From Azolla caroliniana (lineage: Eukaryota > Plantae > Polypodiophyta), in the NCBI GenBank assembly GCA_043228905.1, contig JBHGNT010000003.1, forward strand, positions 5,704,001-5,768,000: a DNA stretch of 64,000 nt, read 5' to 3'. Position numbers and translations under genes: made by a program. Positions 52,249-64,000 of this stretch are shown one piece after another. The first letter of the stretch is position 1, and every line of letters starts with the position of its first letter. Below the pieces are notes generated by a model. That model worked only from the letters and a program-made list of their open reading frames with translations. It did no database searches and was not told the origin of the DNA.

Positions 52249-52707
52249 TGTTGGGAGACAGGTCCCTCCGGATGGGAAGGGAGAAGAACGGTGCCGATGA
52301 ACAAACCGTATGAGGAGTACCCGGCAACGGAGAGCCGGATGGTACAGACCCGGTGAAGACCGGATGAGGAGTACTCAGCTACGGAGAGCCGGATGGTACA
52401 GACCCGGTGAAGACCGGATGAGGAGTACCCGGCTACGGAGAGCCGGATGGTACAGACCCGGTGAAGACCGGATGAGGAGTACCCGGCTACGGAGAGCCGG
52501 ATGATGCAGATCCGGTGAAGACCGGATGAGGAGTACCCAGCTACGGAGAACCGGATGAAGAGACATATTCGTAAATATGTTTCTGATAGTCCATCAAGGC
52601 TATATTTGTAAATAGCCGAAAAGTCATATTAGTATAAATATGACTTAGGGCAAAAATAGTTTTTTTGGTCATTTTCTGTTTTGCACGCCACAGAGAGTGC
52701 GTAACTG

Positions 52708-52748
<41 letters not shown>

Positions 52749-53063
52749 GACGTTGCCTCCGTTGTAACCGCCGCTTGTGGCGAAGATCTGTGAGCACGAG
52801 GTCGGTGCCTCAGTGAGCTCACTGTTGTATATTCTTACATAGTGACAGTTTGCAGCCTGTGGGCTGCCGTGGTTTTTACCCTAGTTTGGGGTTTTCCACG
52901 TAAACCTCCTGTGTATTCTCTTCTTCTTTGTGTCGTGTTTTATTTCCCGTTTTCTGTGTATCATTCTAAGCTCAGTTGTGGCCGAGCATTGCACATAAGG
53001 AACCTTGAGTTTCCGTCAGCTCATGCTAGAACTTTGGCACTTAAAGGAATTTTTGTCCCAACA
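52249..53063 (+). mobile_element. Related LTR containing a 54-bp tandem repeat (about 4.6 copies, 52310-52560)
   Basis: Begins TGTTGGGAGACAGGTCCCTCCGGAT like the LTR at 49966 and ends CCCAACA. Repeat unit ATGAGGAGTACCCGGC.ACGGAGAGCCGGATGGTACAGACCCGGTGAAGACCGG. Confidence 0.75.
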
Positions 53064-53889
53064 ATGCCATATTCTCTAGGGCCTTATGGTAAACATCATC
53101 CTCCAAACAAATTTTGAATTCCATTATTTTAGTAGCTAGGTTACATTTTAGTAGCTCGAGAGTGATTGACATTGTCTTTCTCTTGTCTCGTAAACAAAAT
53201 GGTACAAGATGGTATATTTCCTGCACATTGACCTTGAGGAATCTCTCCAGAAAAACAACCAATAAGAAGTAATATTTTGGAAAGGATACAAAAAAATCTT
53301 ATATATTTGGTCCAGACTAATGGAGACTAAGGGAAACTCTTGACGCATAGCAGAGGGTTGATTCAATGATTATGGCCCAAATGGGAGAGTGCCAAACCAC
53401 GAATTTCAAAGGTGGGGGTTTGAATCTCGTCACTCACAAAAATTTATTATAATTTCCCAAATTTTGGTTTTCATGGAAGTTAATACCACTTTTGTTGATT
53501 CATGGGAAAATAGTAAAATAACCCACTTTTATAGTGCCAACTTTTGCTAGATATAAATTGGAGTAGAGGGTTGAGGGTATCCAGTACTCTGCTTGGAAAT
53601 ACATGAATGAGTTCTTTGATAGTTCCACAAGAATATAAAACTTTTATCACGTGGAGATTGTTGTTGACTACTTCTTTTGTGTTGAGTCTTTTCTGGCGCT
53701 CTTGGCCTACATGAAAGAACATCTCCATAGATTCTATGGGAAGACATGTTTTTATTCATGGAGAACCTTGCCACGAACTTCCTTGATGTCAAGTAGGGCA
53801 GTTGACGTTTGCCATGAAGGACCTTGATCCAGCAAGACACATTCTTGGGATGAAGATAAGTCAGAATCGAAATCGATGACAATTGTTTT

Positions 53890-55257
53890 TGTCTCAATCC
53901 GACTATATTGGACGTGTATTAGAACGCTTCAAATGCATTCGGCCAAATCTACTTCGACCCTGCTCCCCATTAATCTTCGCCTGTCTTAGCGAGACTATTC
54001 GACATCCGGTCCGGAGGGGGAAGCTATGAAGTCAGTACCATATGCATCGGACGTCGGCTCCTTGATGTACGCGATGGTCGCGACACGGCCTGCCATTACT
54101 CAGGTCGTCGGAGTCGTTAGCAGATTCATGCACAACTCTAGTCAATCGCATTGGAACGTAGTAAACCATGTGTTCAGATATCTAGTGGGCACAAAAGACT
54201 ATGACATCCTATTCGGCCCAAATGACACCTTAAGCGTAGTCGGATACACCGACTTGAACTTTGCTGGTTGTGTGGACAGTCAAAAATCGACAATCGGATA
54301 TTGTTTCAAATTCGGTAATGGAGCAATTTCATGGAAATCGAAACTTCAAGAGTGCACTGCAACATCAACGACCGAGGCCGAACATGTAGCCGCGTCCGAT
54401 GCAACAAAAGAGGCCTTATGGCTCGGTCGACTAGCTTGCACGTTTCGATAAGCTAAATTTGGCTTGGCTTCAGTTGTGTACAATGACAGTCAAGGTGTTG
54501 TCACTATGTCGAAAAATCCGGTTCAGCACAACGCCTCGAAACACATCGATGTGAGATATCACTTTGTTCAGGACCACGTCATTTTAGGGAAAATCAACCA
54601 TGAGAAGACACCTACAGCCGATAATGTCGCAGATGGGATGACCAAGTGTCTTTCGACAGATCGATTTCGATCCCTTCGGCATAAGATGGGCGTAATGAAT
54701 AATCAGTCTGATTGAATCAGACCCTCAAGATGGTTTCGAACAATCATCATCGACATTTCAAGGTTTGGTCTCAGTTCCTTCGACCCCGGTCAATTCGACC
54801 TTCTGTTTTTCGAAGATTATCGACTCAAACAAAAATCTGATTTGTTTGACAACCTTGTACAAATCTGTATTGTCCATTTACTTTAATTATTACAGATTTT
54901 CGTTGTATATGCCCATTACAGGGGAGTGTCGAATATTGGTCTATAATGGTCATATTCACATTGTATCGTGGAAAAACTAGATTTAGGACAATTTTGTAAA
55001 TATGTCAATGGGTTGTTGCCATAGCCCAGTTAGTATATAGTGGGCTTCGTAACCTAGTTTGTGGTTGCTATGGTTAGAGAGTTGTTGTCGCCATTGTACT
55101 ATAACCACTCAATAAAAACTATCATTGCTTTGTGTGCCTCTCTCTCTCTCTCTCTCTCTTTCAATTTGTTCTTTGATCTTGCTTTCACTTGTACTCTCAG
55201 TGATCTTCATCTCAAGGTGTTGTTGATGTTCCACACTGACGGCCTTAGTTCCCAACA
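53890..55257 (+). mobile_element. Copia 3' end: RT C-terminus, RNase H, PPT and LTR (54927-55257)
   Basis: PYASDVGSLMYAMVATRP, ISWKSKLQECTATSTTEAE, SKHIDVRYHF and ADGMTK. PPT ACAGGGGAG then TGTCG...CCCAACA. Confidence 0.88.
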
Positions 55258-56019
55258 GAGGTAGTTGTCAAATACAACCGAGCTACTAACTCAGTATTAC
55301 ATTAGTTTCTTTCTCACACTCTCTCCCTTACTCTCTTAGCCACTTACAAAACAAGTAGAAACAATATGATATGTTTCTTCCACACTACTCTTGATACAAA
55401 GAGTTCTAGCACCAACAAGAGTCAGAGATTAGCGCTTATTCACTAAACACTTTAGCTAATCTCTCTTGAGCTCTTAGTTATAAAGAAGGAGATTCAGAAA
55501 AAACTTAAAAGACATCACAAGGTGGCTTTTATAGCTTTTACATCATGAGTGTGGTCATTTCACGCTAAATTCCTTAGCTTGCCTTTCCTTCTACTCCTTT
55601 TTTTGTAGACTTTATTAGTCACTCGGTGTCCATGGTTGATGCACTCTTCTTCACAACATGTATGTTGCGTACCATATGCTTAACAATGCCAATGAAGAAG
55701 AAAGCGGTCGAGGAAAGAGAATGAGATGGAAAGAGAGGTGATCGGGAATGGGCCATGATCAAGATGTCATGGACGCGAGGGAGCGAAGTGGAGATCTTGA
55801 TTGCACAACTAGAGGAAATCTTGATGAAACAAGTGAAGGAGCAAAAGCCAAAGAAGACCAAGAAGTGGGTCAAGGAGGAAAATCACACAAAGGAAGCTAC
55901 AAGATAGTGCCCCAAGAGAGTCCTCGGTGCTAGAGAAATGGATTGGAGAACCACATGGAGTGGTGTCAGGTGTGGCCACAAGATTGGGTGGTAGTAGCAA
56001 GTAGATTTCTCCATGACGA

Positions 56020-58121
56020 CACCGAGGAATGGTACCTTCGGGAGAAGCCCCTTCCAGAAATGGGAAGATGTTGAGTTAGCAATTCATCTCAAGGGATGAG
56101 CCCTCAAGGGGGAGTGAAGGATGGGAGATTTTATCGCATGAGTTTGGGAAACTTGATTTATACATTTCTAAGTATAAATGGATAATGAGTTTGGTGTTGG
56201 ATGTTGATAATTGTGACATGTTAGATGGCTTTCTTGAAGGAATGCAACCCTCAGCGAGAGAGGAAGTGGAAAATGGGAACCGTCAACTTGGGAGGAAACG
56301 ATCAAGATCATAGAACAAGTGGGAGATGGGGAGGCCGCCCACCACAAAGACCCTAGGTGAGAAAGGGATTCCCCTCGAGAGTCAAGAGCCCAAGTGGAGA
56401 CCATGATTGAGATGGAAACAAAAGAAGAACCAACTGAGGAGATCAAGCGAGAGGCAAAAGAGGAAGAGTCCCCAAAGCAAGAGATCCAGATCGAGGAAGA
56501 GATACAAGAGGAAGGAACCGATGAGGTTGACATCAATATCGAGATCGAGATCGAGGTCAAGGTGGAAACGATCAAGTTGCGAGAATAGGAGGCCTTAGCA
56601 TGAGAGCTCAAGGTAGAGAAGGTCGAGCAAAAGACTAAGGTAGAAGATATCTCCCAAGGAACCGTGAAGCAAGACCTTTGAGACCGAGGTCAGAATTGGG
56701 ATTAAGGACTCAACCATAGTGGTTGAACAAGAACACAAAAAAGGCTTGGGAAAAGAGGTTGAGAACAAGGCAGAGGAACAAGAGGCGAAACCAAAGGGAC
56801 CCCTCAAGAAACCTTGAGACAAGAGACTGAGCTCGAGGTGACCAAGCCAAGGACCAAGAGTGGTGAATGAGAATGAGATTGACCAAGGAGCAAGAAAAGA
56901 AGGCAAAGGAATCCCCCAAGGGGATCGCAAGAAGAGGATCAAGAATGACTCAGAGAGGTCAAGGTAGAGACCCAAGCCATGAAAGCGCTTGGGAATATCT
57001 TGTGAGCTTGATGGGACTCAAGCTCCATGGGACTTGGGTGAAGGTGGTGTTTCTAGGTTATCCCAACTAGGACACAATCCCAATCTAGATTGGGACTCGC
57101 CAAGGGACCCAGTCCCAATGGGTAGTCCTAAGGGACCACCCTACAACTAGTCCCAATGGTCATATTTAGCCTATATAAGGAGTATTACGCATTTGCAACC
57201 ATTCCTAGATTCTAAGATGCACTCTCACTCTCTCATATTCTCTCATTGTCATCTTGGCTCTATCAGGGATTATCGAACACAGAAGGGGAAGCATAGAGGA
57301 ATCTACAGGATCACGTTAGGAATAGACTAATAGAGAGTGAGTGAGTGTTTACCGAATATACTCGGTACTTGTATTTGTAAGCTACACTTTAATCAAATAT
57401 ATACATATATTTTGTGGGTAATCTTGGTGTTCTGTTTTGTCTAGATTCGTCTATATCTATTTTCATATATAAGTTTGGCCTGTGTAAAGGACGTAAATAC
57501 TGATCGGTTGTGGCCGATCTCGCGGCGTATCCTTCTTAATTCCCAGATCATGATCCTACCCCAAGTGGGACAATCTAACTAATGATCATGGGCCCCAGGA
57601 AGTCACATTCCATGTAACGACCCGATTGACGATCTCGGTAGAACATTGTATTTGTAAGCTACACTTTAATCAAATATATACATATATTTTGTGGGTAATC
57701 TTGGTGTTCTGTTTTGTCTAGATTCGTCTATATCTATTTTCATATATAAGTTTGGCCTGTGTAAAGGACGTAAATACTGATCGGTTGTGGCCGATCTCGC
57801 GGCGTATCCTTCTTAATTCCCAGATCATGATCCTACCCCAAGTGGGACAATCTAACTAATGATCATGGGCCCCAGGAAGTCACATTCCATGTAACGACCC
57901 GATTGACGATCTCGGTAGAACATCGTGATCTCGACTCTCTACCTTGACCCGATTACTTAGGAGGGGTAATCGAAGGTGTTCTCTAGGAGAGCGCAACACT
58001 CTGAGTGGTGGATTGTGGGTTGTCCCAATTATAATGAAATATAACTATGATTTGTGTCCTAATTGGTGTCCCCACTATGTTTTCTTGTGGTTTTGAAACC
58101 CCCATAATCTAGGGGCATAAC
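56020..58121 (+). mobile_element. Probable LTR-retrotransposon 3' end or long LTR with a 277-bp tandem duplication (57369-57922)
   Basis: PPT-like AAGGGGGAGTGAAGGA at about 56106, TATATAAG at about 57172, and an end at GGGGCATAACA. The duplicated block starts TTGTATTTGTAAGCTACAC at 57369 and 57646. Confidence 0.55.
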
Positions 58122-60354
58122 ATACAACACATTTCAACATTTTATAGCCCCATCAATCGATGGATCATTTTGAGGTTTTCTGATTGCAATGAAGTTTTAC
58201 TTTCTTCCAACATAGATTTGAATATGTCAAAATTTGGATGCCAAGATTATTGATTGACATTTTGATTGGAAACTTGAAGTTGTAGAGCATGATTTCTTGG
58301 CCATTTTACATAGAAACATATCTAAGATATGACTTTAAGATAAAATGAAACCAATTTTTAAGCCATAACGCATGGGACTTGTGTTTTCCTTTTGCATTTC
58401 GGAAAAGTTGGTTATGAGTTTATGCTTTTCCTATGAAAAAACTATAAAATAAGGGCATTGGCTCATATTCATGGAAGGGAGCTTTTGGAGTTAGTGTGTT
58501 GATAGCTCTTTGGGAAAAGAATCGTAGGATAACTTTTTGCGATGAGTGTTTTGTTAACATCTTGGAGCAAGTTGAAATAAGGAAGTTGCCACATCAAAAT
58601 TAATTCACTCATTGTGAAGAGAGGACGGTAAATCAATCGACCATGATCTGTACCTAAACAAACTTAGAGTGACACTCCTGTGGTAAAAATGTTCTCCGAC
58701 ATAATAAAATAGTCTATCCTTCTCTTGAAACGTCAAAAACCTCCATAAGCCCATAGATAGACTTATAATTTGGCAAGGTATGTGAAAGATGTATCATTAT
58801 TATTTACCTATTAAGGAAATGATCATTTCAAACAACTATGCATACTTATAAAGATTATTTGAATAAATAAGGTTTTCTTGTGTTTTGGGGTTGCTATCTC
58901 TTTAAAAAGGGGAAGGTCTTATATTGACCTTTTTGTTCGTTGTAGCACAATATTATTAAACTGACCCTAGATCATCAACTTCGATCTGATGTTGAAAGTG
59001 GCCATTATTGCTCAAATATTTTTAGAATTCCTAAAAACTTATAATTTGATCTTAAGGTTTGCATTTGTGACACAAGAGGCATGTTCAATTACTACTACAC
59101 GTTTTAAATGAAACACGTCCTTCTAATCTACATCCACATTTTTATTGTTTTTTTTTACAAGAAAGATACACCTTAGTATGTTACTTGAGAAATGTACATA
59201 TAGAAAACAGAAGGAGACATTTCATCTCACCTCTATTGTAATACAAAAGCTAATACCAACATCTGATCAAACAGATGATATCATATAAGAAACGAGAGGA
59301 GCACAAGCTACAAGCTATGCAATAAAAAAGAAGGTATGACATAATTCCACCTCAAAAATGCTTGTGTTTCATTAATATTCAATCATTCCATAATTTGTTG
59401 AACACATTACATATACTTTGTCAAGTCATTATTATGGTGTTCATCAAGGAACAAAACTATGAATTTGTTAAACATGGAAGAGGAAGGAATTTGTACCACC
59501 AATTTGGCGTCCTTGGGTTGGTTTGATGAAACATAAAACAATGGAGTGCACAAAATAAATAAATATCCAAGGCTATGAAACTAGTTTGTAAATCTCAATG
59601 TTTACTAAATTCAATACTCTTGTACCACATCCTTGGATACAACATTGAAAACGTAAAATGTACTTAACTAAACAAAAAAAGTAATAGGAATGGCTACAAC
59701 TGTCAGGAAATTAGAGCCATGACACGTTGTAGATGTATGCAAAATTTGACACTCTAGTGACAAATTTTTTAAAGTGATCTATGTAGATTTTAGTTGTTTT
59801 CTCCTACTATCTACTTATTCTTACCTTTTCTCAAACAAAAATAACCTCTAAATGGTTGTGAAAGAAGCATTGAAGATGGTCACATCATGAAATAGGAAAC
59901 CTTATGATTTTGGCTTGGCTTTTGATGTTACTATTTTGTTGTTCAAAAATAATGAAGATGAAAAACATTATGTTAAAGGTATGGAGTAAAAGTCTAGGTA
60001 CAAAGGGTATCGTGTTGAAAGCCCCGCCTTGCAAGGGTAGCACATTGGCCCAAAAAGATTGAAGGGTAAATACATTAGGTGTATACCAACCAAGACTCGA
60101 ACTTGAACTCTTGCATTTGAGGATCTAATCTTGGCCTCATGGACCTTTGTGACTCCATCTTGTTAACTTGTTATGGTTAAGAGATTAGCATGAGCCCATC
60201 CTTATTTCTTTGATTAGTTACCATTCATGCTAATCCACGAGTAGTGCACAAACTATACCACACACATGTAACAAACGATATGTTTTCCGCAACCCTAGCG
60301 GGATTGGGGATCGAGACTTGATGCTATGCAGATTTTTTTATCTAACAAGTTGAT

Positions 60355-60867
60355 GCATTCATTTCTCCCTAGTTACTAGATGGTCGTAGGCTAGTTGAAT
60401 TAGATTAGTGAAGTCAGGTTATAGAGTGGAGTCTACAACGGGGACATCGATGGCATTGGGATTGGTGTGTCAGGCATAACCAATCAATGGCATGACGATT
60501 CTCGAGTTAGCAAAATCAATCGATGGCTTGAAGATTCACAGGCTGGTAAAACCGATCGATGGCGCATTCATTTCTCCCTAGTTACTAGATGCTCGTAGGC
60601 TAGTTGAATCAGATTAGAGAAGTCAGGTCATGGAGTGGAGTGTGCAACTGGGACATCGATGGTGTTAGGATTGGCATATCAAGCAGAACCAATCGATGGC
60701 ATGAAGATTCTCGGGGCGGCAGAATCGATCGATGGCGTGAAGATTCACGGGTCGGCAGAACCAATCGATGGCGTGAAGATTCTCAGGACGGGAGAACCAA
60801 TTGATGGCTTCAAGAGTCGCGGGTCAGTAGAAACCATCCCTCTGGGACAAAACCGGGTCACATAACA
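60355..60867. repeat. Repeat remnant with ~30-bp ATCGATGGC units and a ~210-bp duplication upstream of the DOMON gene
   Basis: GCATTCATTTCTCCCTAG occurs at 60355 and 60565. Multiple A(A/C)CAATCGATGGC.TGAAGATTC units; followed by (CT)n at 60884-60922. Confidence 0.6.
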
Positions 60868-60881
60868 ATTTCCGACTCTCT

Positions 60882-60927
<46 letters not shown>

Positions 60928-61339
60928 TGTTTTGATTGACTTAGAAAATGAAGGAAAACCATACACATGATTTCTGCTGCCCTGCTCTCCTCTGTCCTGC
61001 TCTCTGCGCCATCCCCGTCCCCATCGCCATCGCCATCGCCATCGAGTAGAATCTGACATGATTCCATAGCCACCCCCCAACTACGCTTCCCTCCGGCCTC
61101 AACAGTTAGAATCCGTTCTCGTTCCCCCTCCTATAATGTAGATCGCAAGCGCCTGTTAAATTGGAAACGTGCGCGACCTTCCTCATCTGATCAAAACTTA
61201 GGCCTTGATCTGATCACGCGCAGGCCTGGATTCGATTCATTTGAAATACCCGTCGTATTCTTCTTTTCTCTTCCAGATCTCAGAGGAAGGAAGGAAGGAA
61301 GGAAGAAGGTAACAGAGCAGAACAGAGCAAACACATTTG

Positions 61340-64000
61340 ATGATGGTTTCCATTTTTACTATTCTAAGGTTTCTTCTTCTTCTCATTGTTTGCGAGAATA
61401 TACTAGCTACCCGTGCTTCTGAAAATTGCACTAGACATAGCCCCTTGGTGGGTTTTACAGCGGAGTTAAGTATGCATCAACACCAACTCAGAGGTCAGAT
61501 CGAGATTCTAGATGATTGTTCCTTTGAAGTAACCAAGTTTGATCTGATTTCTGGTAAAGATGTATATTGGTGGGGATCGAAAGGTGAAGGTTTCGACAAT
61601 CTAACTAGTGGTTTTGTAGTCTCTGACTTCAAGCTCAACAGGACTTTCAACTCTGAATCCATGGTGGTATACCTAGCCAATTATAGTTGGGAAGATTTTC
61701 GTGTACTCGGTGTTTGGGATAAAGCATTTGAAGCTGATTTTGGTCATCTTTTGCTCGATTTTCCTCCTGAATATGGCATGAGTAATACTGATTTAGCCCC
61801 ATCTTTACCTCCAGCTCTGGCCCCTGCTCCATCAGCTGAAGGAATGAACAATAAAAGGATCTACTGGGGAACAAAGCAACCCACTATGTTTGATAACTGT
61901 ATAGTTCTAGACCCTATTTATAGGCTTCGGTGGACATTGAATAATGACACGGAAACAGTGGATATTGGTCTTGAGGCTGCTGTTCCGGATACCCATTATA
62001 TGGCTTTTGGTTGGTCTCAACCTGGGAAAATAAGCCATTTCATGCTCAATGCTGACGTTGTGATTGGAGGCTTCAAGAACCATACTAATGCATTTGTTGA
62101 TGATTACTATATCACCAGGTATAGTGTATGTACATGGGCAAAGGATGTGAATCCTGTCGGCGTTTGCCCTGACTCAGTTTATGGTGGGAACGAAGAGGAT
62201 GAACTCGCAGGTGCATTGAAGTTTTCTCATGGTCAGTGGCAAGATGGTGTGGCGTTAATTCGATATGCAAGGCCACTTAAAAGTTCTGACCAGCTTCATG
62301 ATGTCTCAATCAACATGACCAATGAAATGACTGTGATATGGGCATTGGGTTTGTTGAAATCTCCTGATACCCTTCATCCCGTGTTCCTTCCTGAGAATCA
62401 TGGTATGTCATACGGACATCTGAAATTAAACCTATCCACTTCAGCAAATAAGTGTATAGGCCCTCTACAAGCCCCTAATTCAGATGAGCCTGACCTCATC
62501 CTTGCAGAGACGGGTGTGGAAATTGTTGTCAGTGTAGGGCCAGCAACACATTACCCAAACCCTCCAAATCCAGACAAAGTCATTTATTTAAATAAGATTG
62601 AGGCTCCAGTGCTGAAGGTTGAGAGGGGAGTTGAATTTACCTTCTCTATTCAGGCTGGACATGATGTGCCCTTTTATATCACCTCAGATCCTGTAGGAGG
62701 AGAACCGACCAATGACACTGCTATCTTTGCAGGTGGGAAAGACGCTCATGGAGTGCTTGCAAATCCGTGGAAGTTGACATGGAAACCTGATCGTTTCACT
62801 CCTGATGAGGTATTTTATCAGTCATACTACCAGAAAAAAATGGGCTGGAAGATCCAGGTTGTTGATGGCGGTCTAACTGACATGTATAATAGCAGTACAT
62901 TACTGGCTGATCAGGTGGTGATGTTGTACTGGATGCTGACAGAATCCGGGATCTCATTTGCAGTAAGAGGTGTGAAGAAAAGTGGATATGTTGCTTTAGG
63001 ATTTGGAGAAAGGATGGTGAATACATTTGCTTATGTGGGCTGGATCCAAAATGATGCATGTAGCGTGGGTACGTATTGGATAGATGGCAGGGATGCTTCT
63101 AATATCCATCCCACAAAGGAGAATCTTGAGAATGTCCAATGTGCACATGAGAATGGCATGTTGACGTTTCAGTTTAGCCGGCCATTAGATCCAGGTTGCA
63201 CTGGGCGCCACGAATGCCAGAACATTATCGATCCATCTATCCCATTGAAAGTCGTTTGGGCGATGGGAACACAGTGGAAATCTGATCAACTTACTGATAG
63301 GAACATGCACTCATCAAAGAGTAGCAAGTACATGTCGATCTACCTCACAAAAGGGATATCCGAGGCAGAACAAGAACTACGACCTGTTTTGGCTGTCCAT
63401 GGGTTCATCATGTTTGTGGCTTGGGCATTGCTCTTCCCTGGGGGGGTTCTTGCAGCAAGATATATGAAGCATTTGAAGAATGATGGGTGGTTCCAGATCC
63501 ACGTGTATGCCCAATACTCAGGAACTGCAGTTATGTTTCTAGGTGTGCTTTTCGCTGTAGCAGAAATCAAGGAGTTCCACACCGGATCATTGCATGTAAA
63601 GCTTGGTTTGACAACTATATTTGTCGTATGTGGGCAGCTTTTGAATGCTTTTCTTCGACCCGAGAAGCCAGGAGCAGGAGAGCAACCTTCATCACGGAGA
63701 AGAGTCTGGCAACTTATACATAAATACAGTGGAAGGGTTGCACTTTCTTTAGGGTTCATCAGTCTTCTTACTGGTATATCCGAATTGGACCATGCATCGG
63801 AGGGAGAGCAGATGAGGGGTTTGGGCTGGGCTCTTACTGGTTGGTTCCTATGCATTGTTTTGCTTTCGGTATATCTCGAATGTCGAGCATCCAGACACAA
63901 TTCTGGGTCAGCCTTCATAAAAGGGGCATGGGTTCTTGGCAACACTGAGGATGATGAGGACACTGCTGACTTGCTAGCTTCTAATCATGTTCCGTCAACA
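61340..64000 (+). CDS. Cytochrome b561, DM13 and DOMON domain-containing protein (At5g54830-like), 3' end beyond the window
   Basis: Open from the ATG at 61340 to the edge (887 codons). Signal peptide; DM13 HQLRGQIEILDDCSF...VYWWG; DOMON motifs YRLRWTL, YMAFGWS and VVWAMG...NMHS; b561 segments AVHGFIMFVAWALLFPGGVLAARY, WFQIHVY and HKYSGR. Confidence 0.92.
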   Translation, partial: MMVSIFTILRFLLLLIVCENILATRASENCTRHSPLVGFTAELSMHQHQLRGQIEILDDCSFEVTKFDLISGKDVYWWGSKGEGFDNLTSGFVVSDFKLNRTFNSESMVVYLANYSWEDFRVLGVWDKAFEADFGHLLLDFPPEYGMSNTDLAPSLPPALAPAPSAEGMNNKRIYWGTKQPTMFDNCIVLDPIYRLRWTLNNDTETVDIGLEAAVPDTHYMAFGWSQPGKISHFMLNADVVIGGFKNHTNAFVDDYYITRYSVCTWAKDVNPVGVCPDSVYGGNEEDELAGALKFSHGQWQDGVALIRYARPLKSSDQLHDVSINMTNEMTVIWALGLLKSPDTLHPVFLPENHGMSYGHLKLNLSTSANKCIGPLQAPNSDEPDLILAETGVEIVVSVGPATHYPNPPNPDKVIYLNKIEAPVLKVERGVEFTFSIQAGHDVPFYITSDPVGGEPTNDTAIFAGGKDAHGVLANPWKLTWKPDRFTPDEVFYQSYYQKKMGWKIQVVDGGLTDMYNSSTLLADQVVMLYWMLTESGISFAVRGVKKSGYVALGFGERMVNTFAYVGWIQNDACSVGTYWIDGRDASNIHPTKENLENVQCAHENGMLTFQFSRPLDPGCTGRHECQNIIDPSIPLKVVWAMGTQWKSDQLTDRNMHSSKSSKYMSIYLTKGISEAEQELRPVLAVHGFIMFVAWALLFPGGVLAARYMKHLKNDGWFQIHVYAQYSGTAVMFLGVLFAVAEIKEFHTGSLHVKLGLTTIFVVCGQLLNAFLRPEKPGAGEQPSSRRRVWQLIHKYSGRVALSLGFISLLTGISELDHASEGEQMRGLGWALTGWFLCIVLLSVYLECRASRHNSGSAFIKGAWVLGNTEDDEDTADLLASNHVPST

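Noticed and set aside
53365-53440. tRNA-like A/B boxes (TGGCCCAAATGG...GGTTTGAATCT); a similar fragment lies near 60090
   Set aside because: The stems do not pair and there is no valid anticodon arm; at most a decayed SINE-like relic.
63340-63963. 207-aa minus-strand ORF, and similar ORFs opposite the GT17 and Roco genes
   Set aside because: These are antisense shadows of real coding regions.

Overview
Repeat-dominated eukaryotic nuclear DNA from a land plant, most likely a non-seed plant such as a fern or lycophyte (an inference from the element types and gene families). It holds three intact protein-coding genes: a two-exon TORNADO1-like LRR-Roc-COR (Roco GTPase) gene on the minus strand (19278-23166), an intronless GT17 N-acetylglucosaminyltransferase-like gene (45449-46642), and a DM13/DOMON/cytochrome b561 gene that runs off the right edge (61340->64000) and is absent from the ORF track. 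There is also a diverged, truncated paralog of the Roco gene (10997-11490) and two tRNA-Ser(UGA)-like copies. The rest is nested transposons: a tRNA-Trp-primed Ty3/Gypsy element with 4-bp TSD and a gag-only partner sharing its cis signals, two chromovirus 3' ends whose LTRs carry an antisense tRNA-like cassette plus heat-shock-element arrays, several Copia remnants, L1- and RTE-like LINEs, and two hAT-type MITEs with 8-bp TSDs. A 100-N assembly gap lies at 5844-5943. All calls were made by eye, with no database search.
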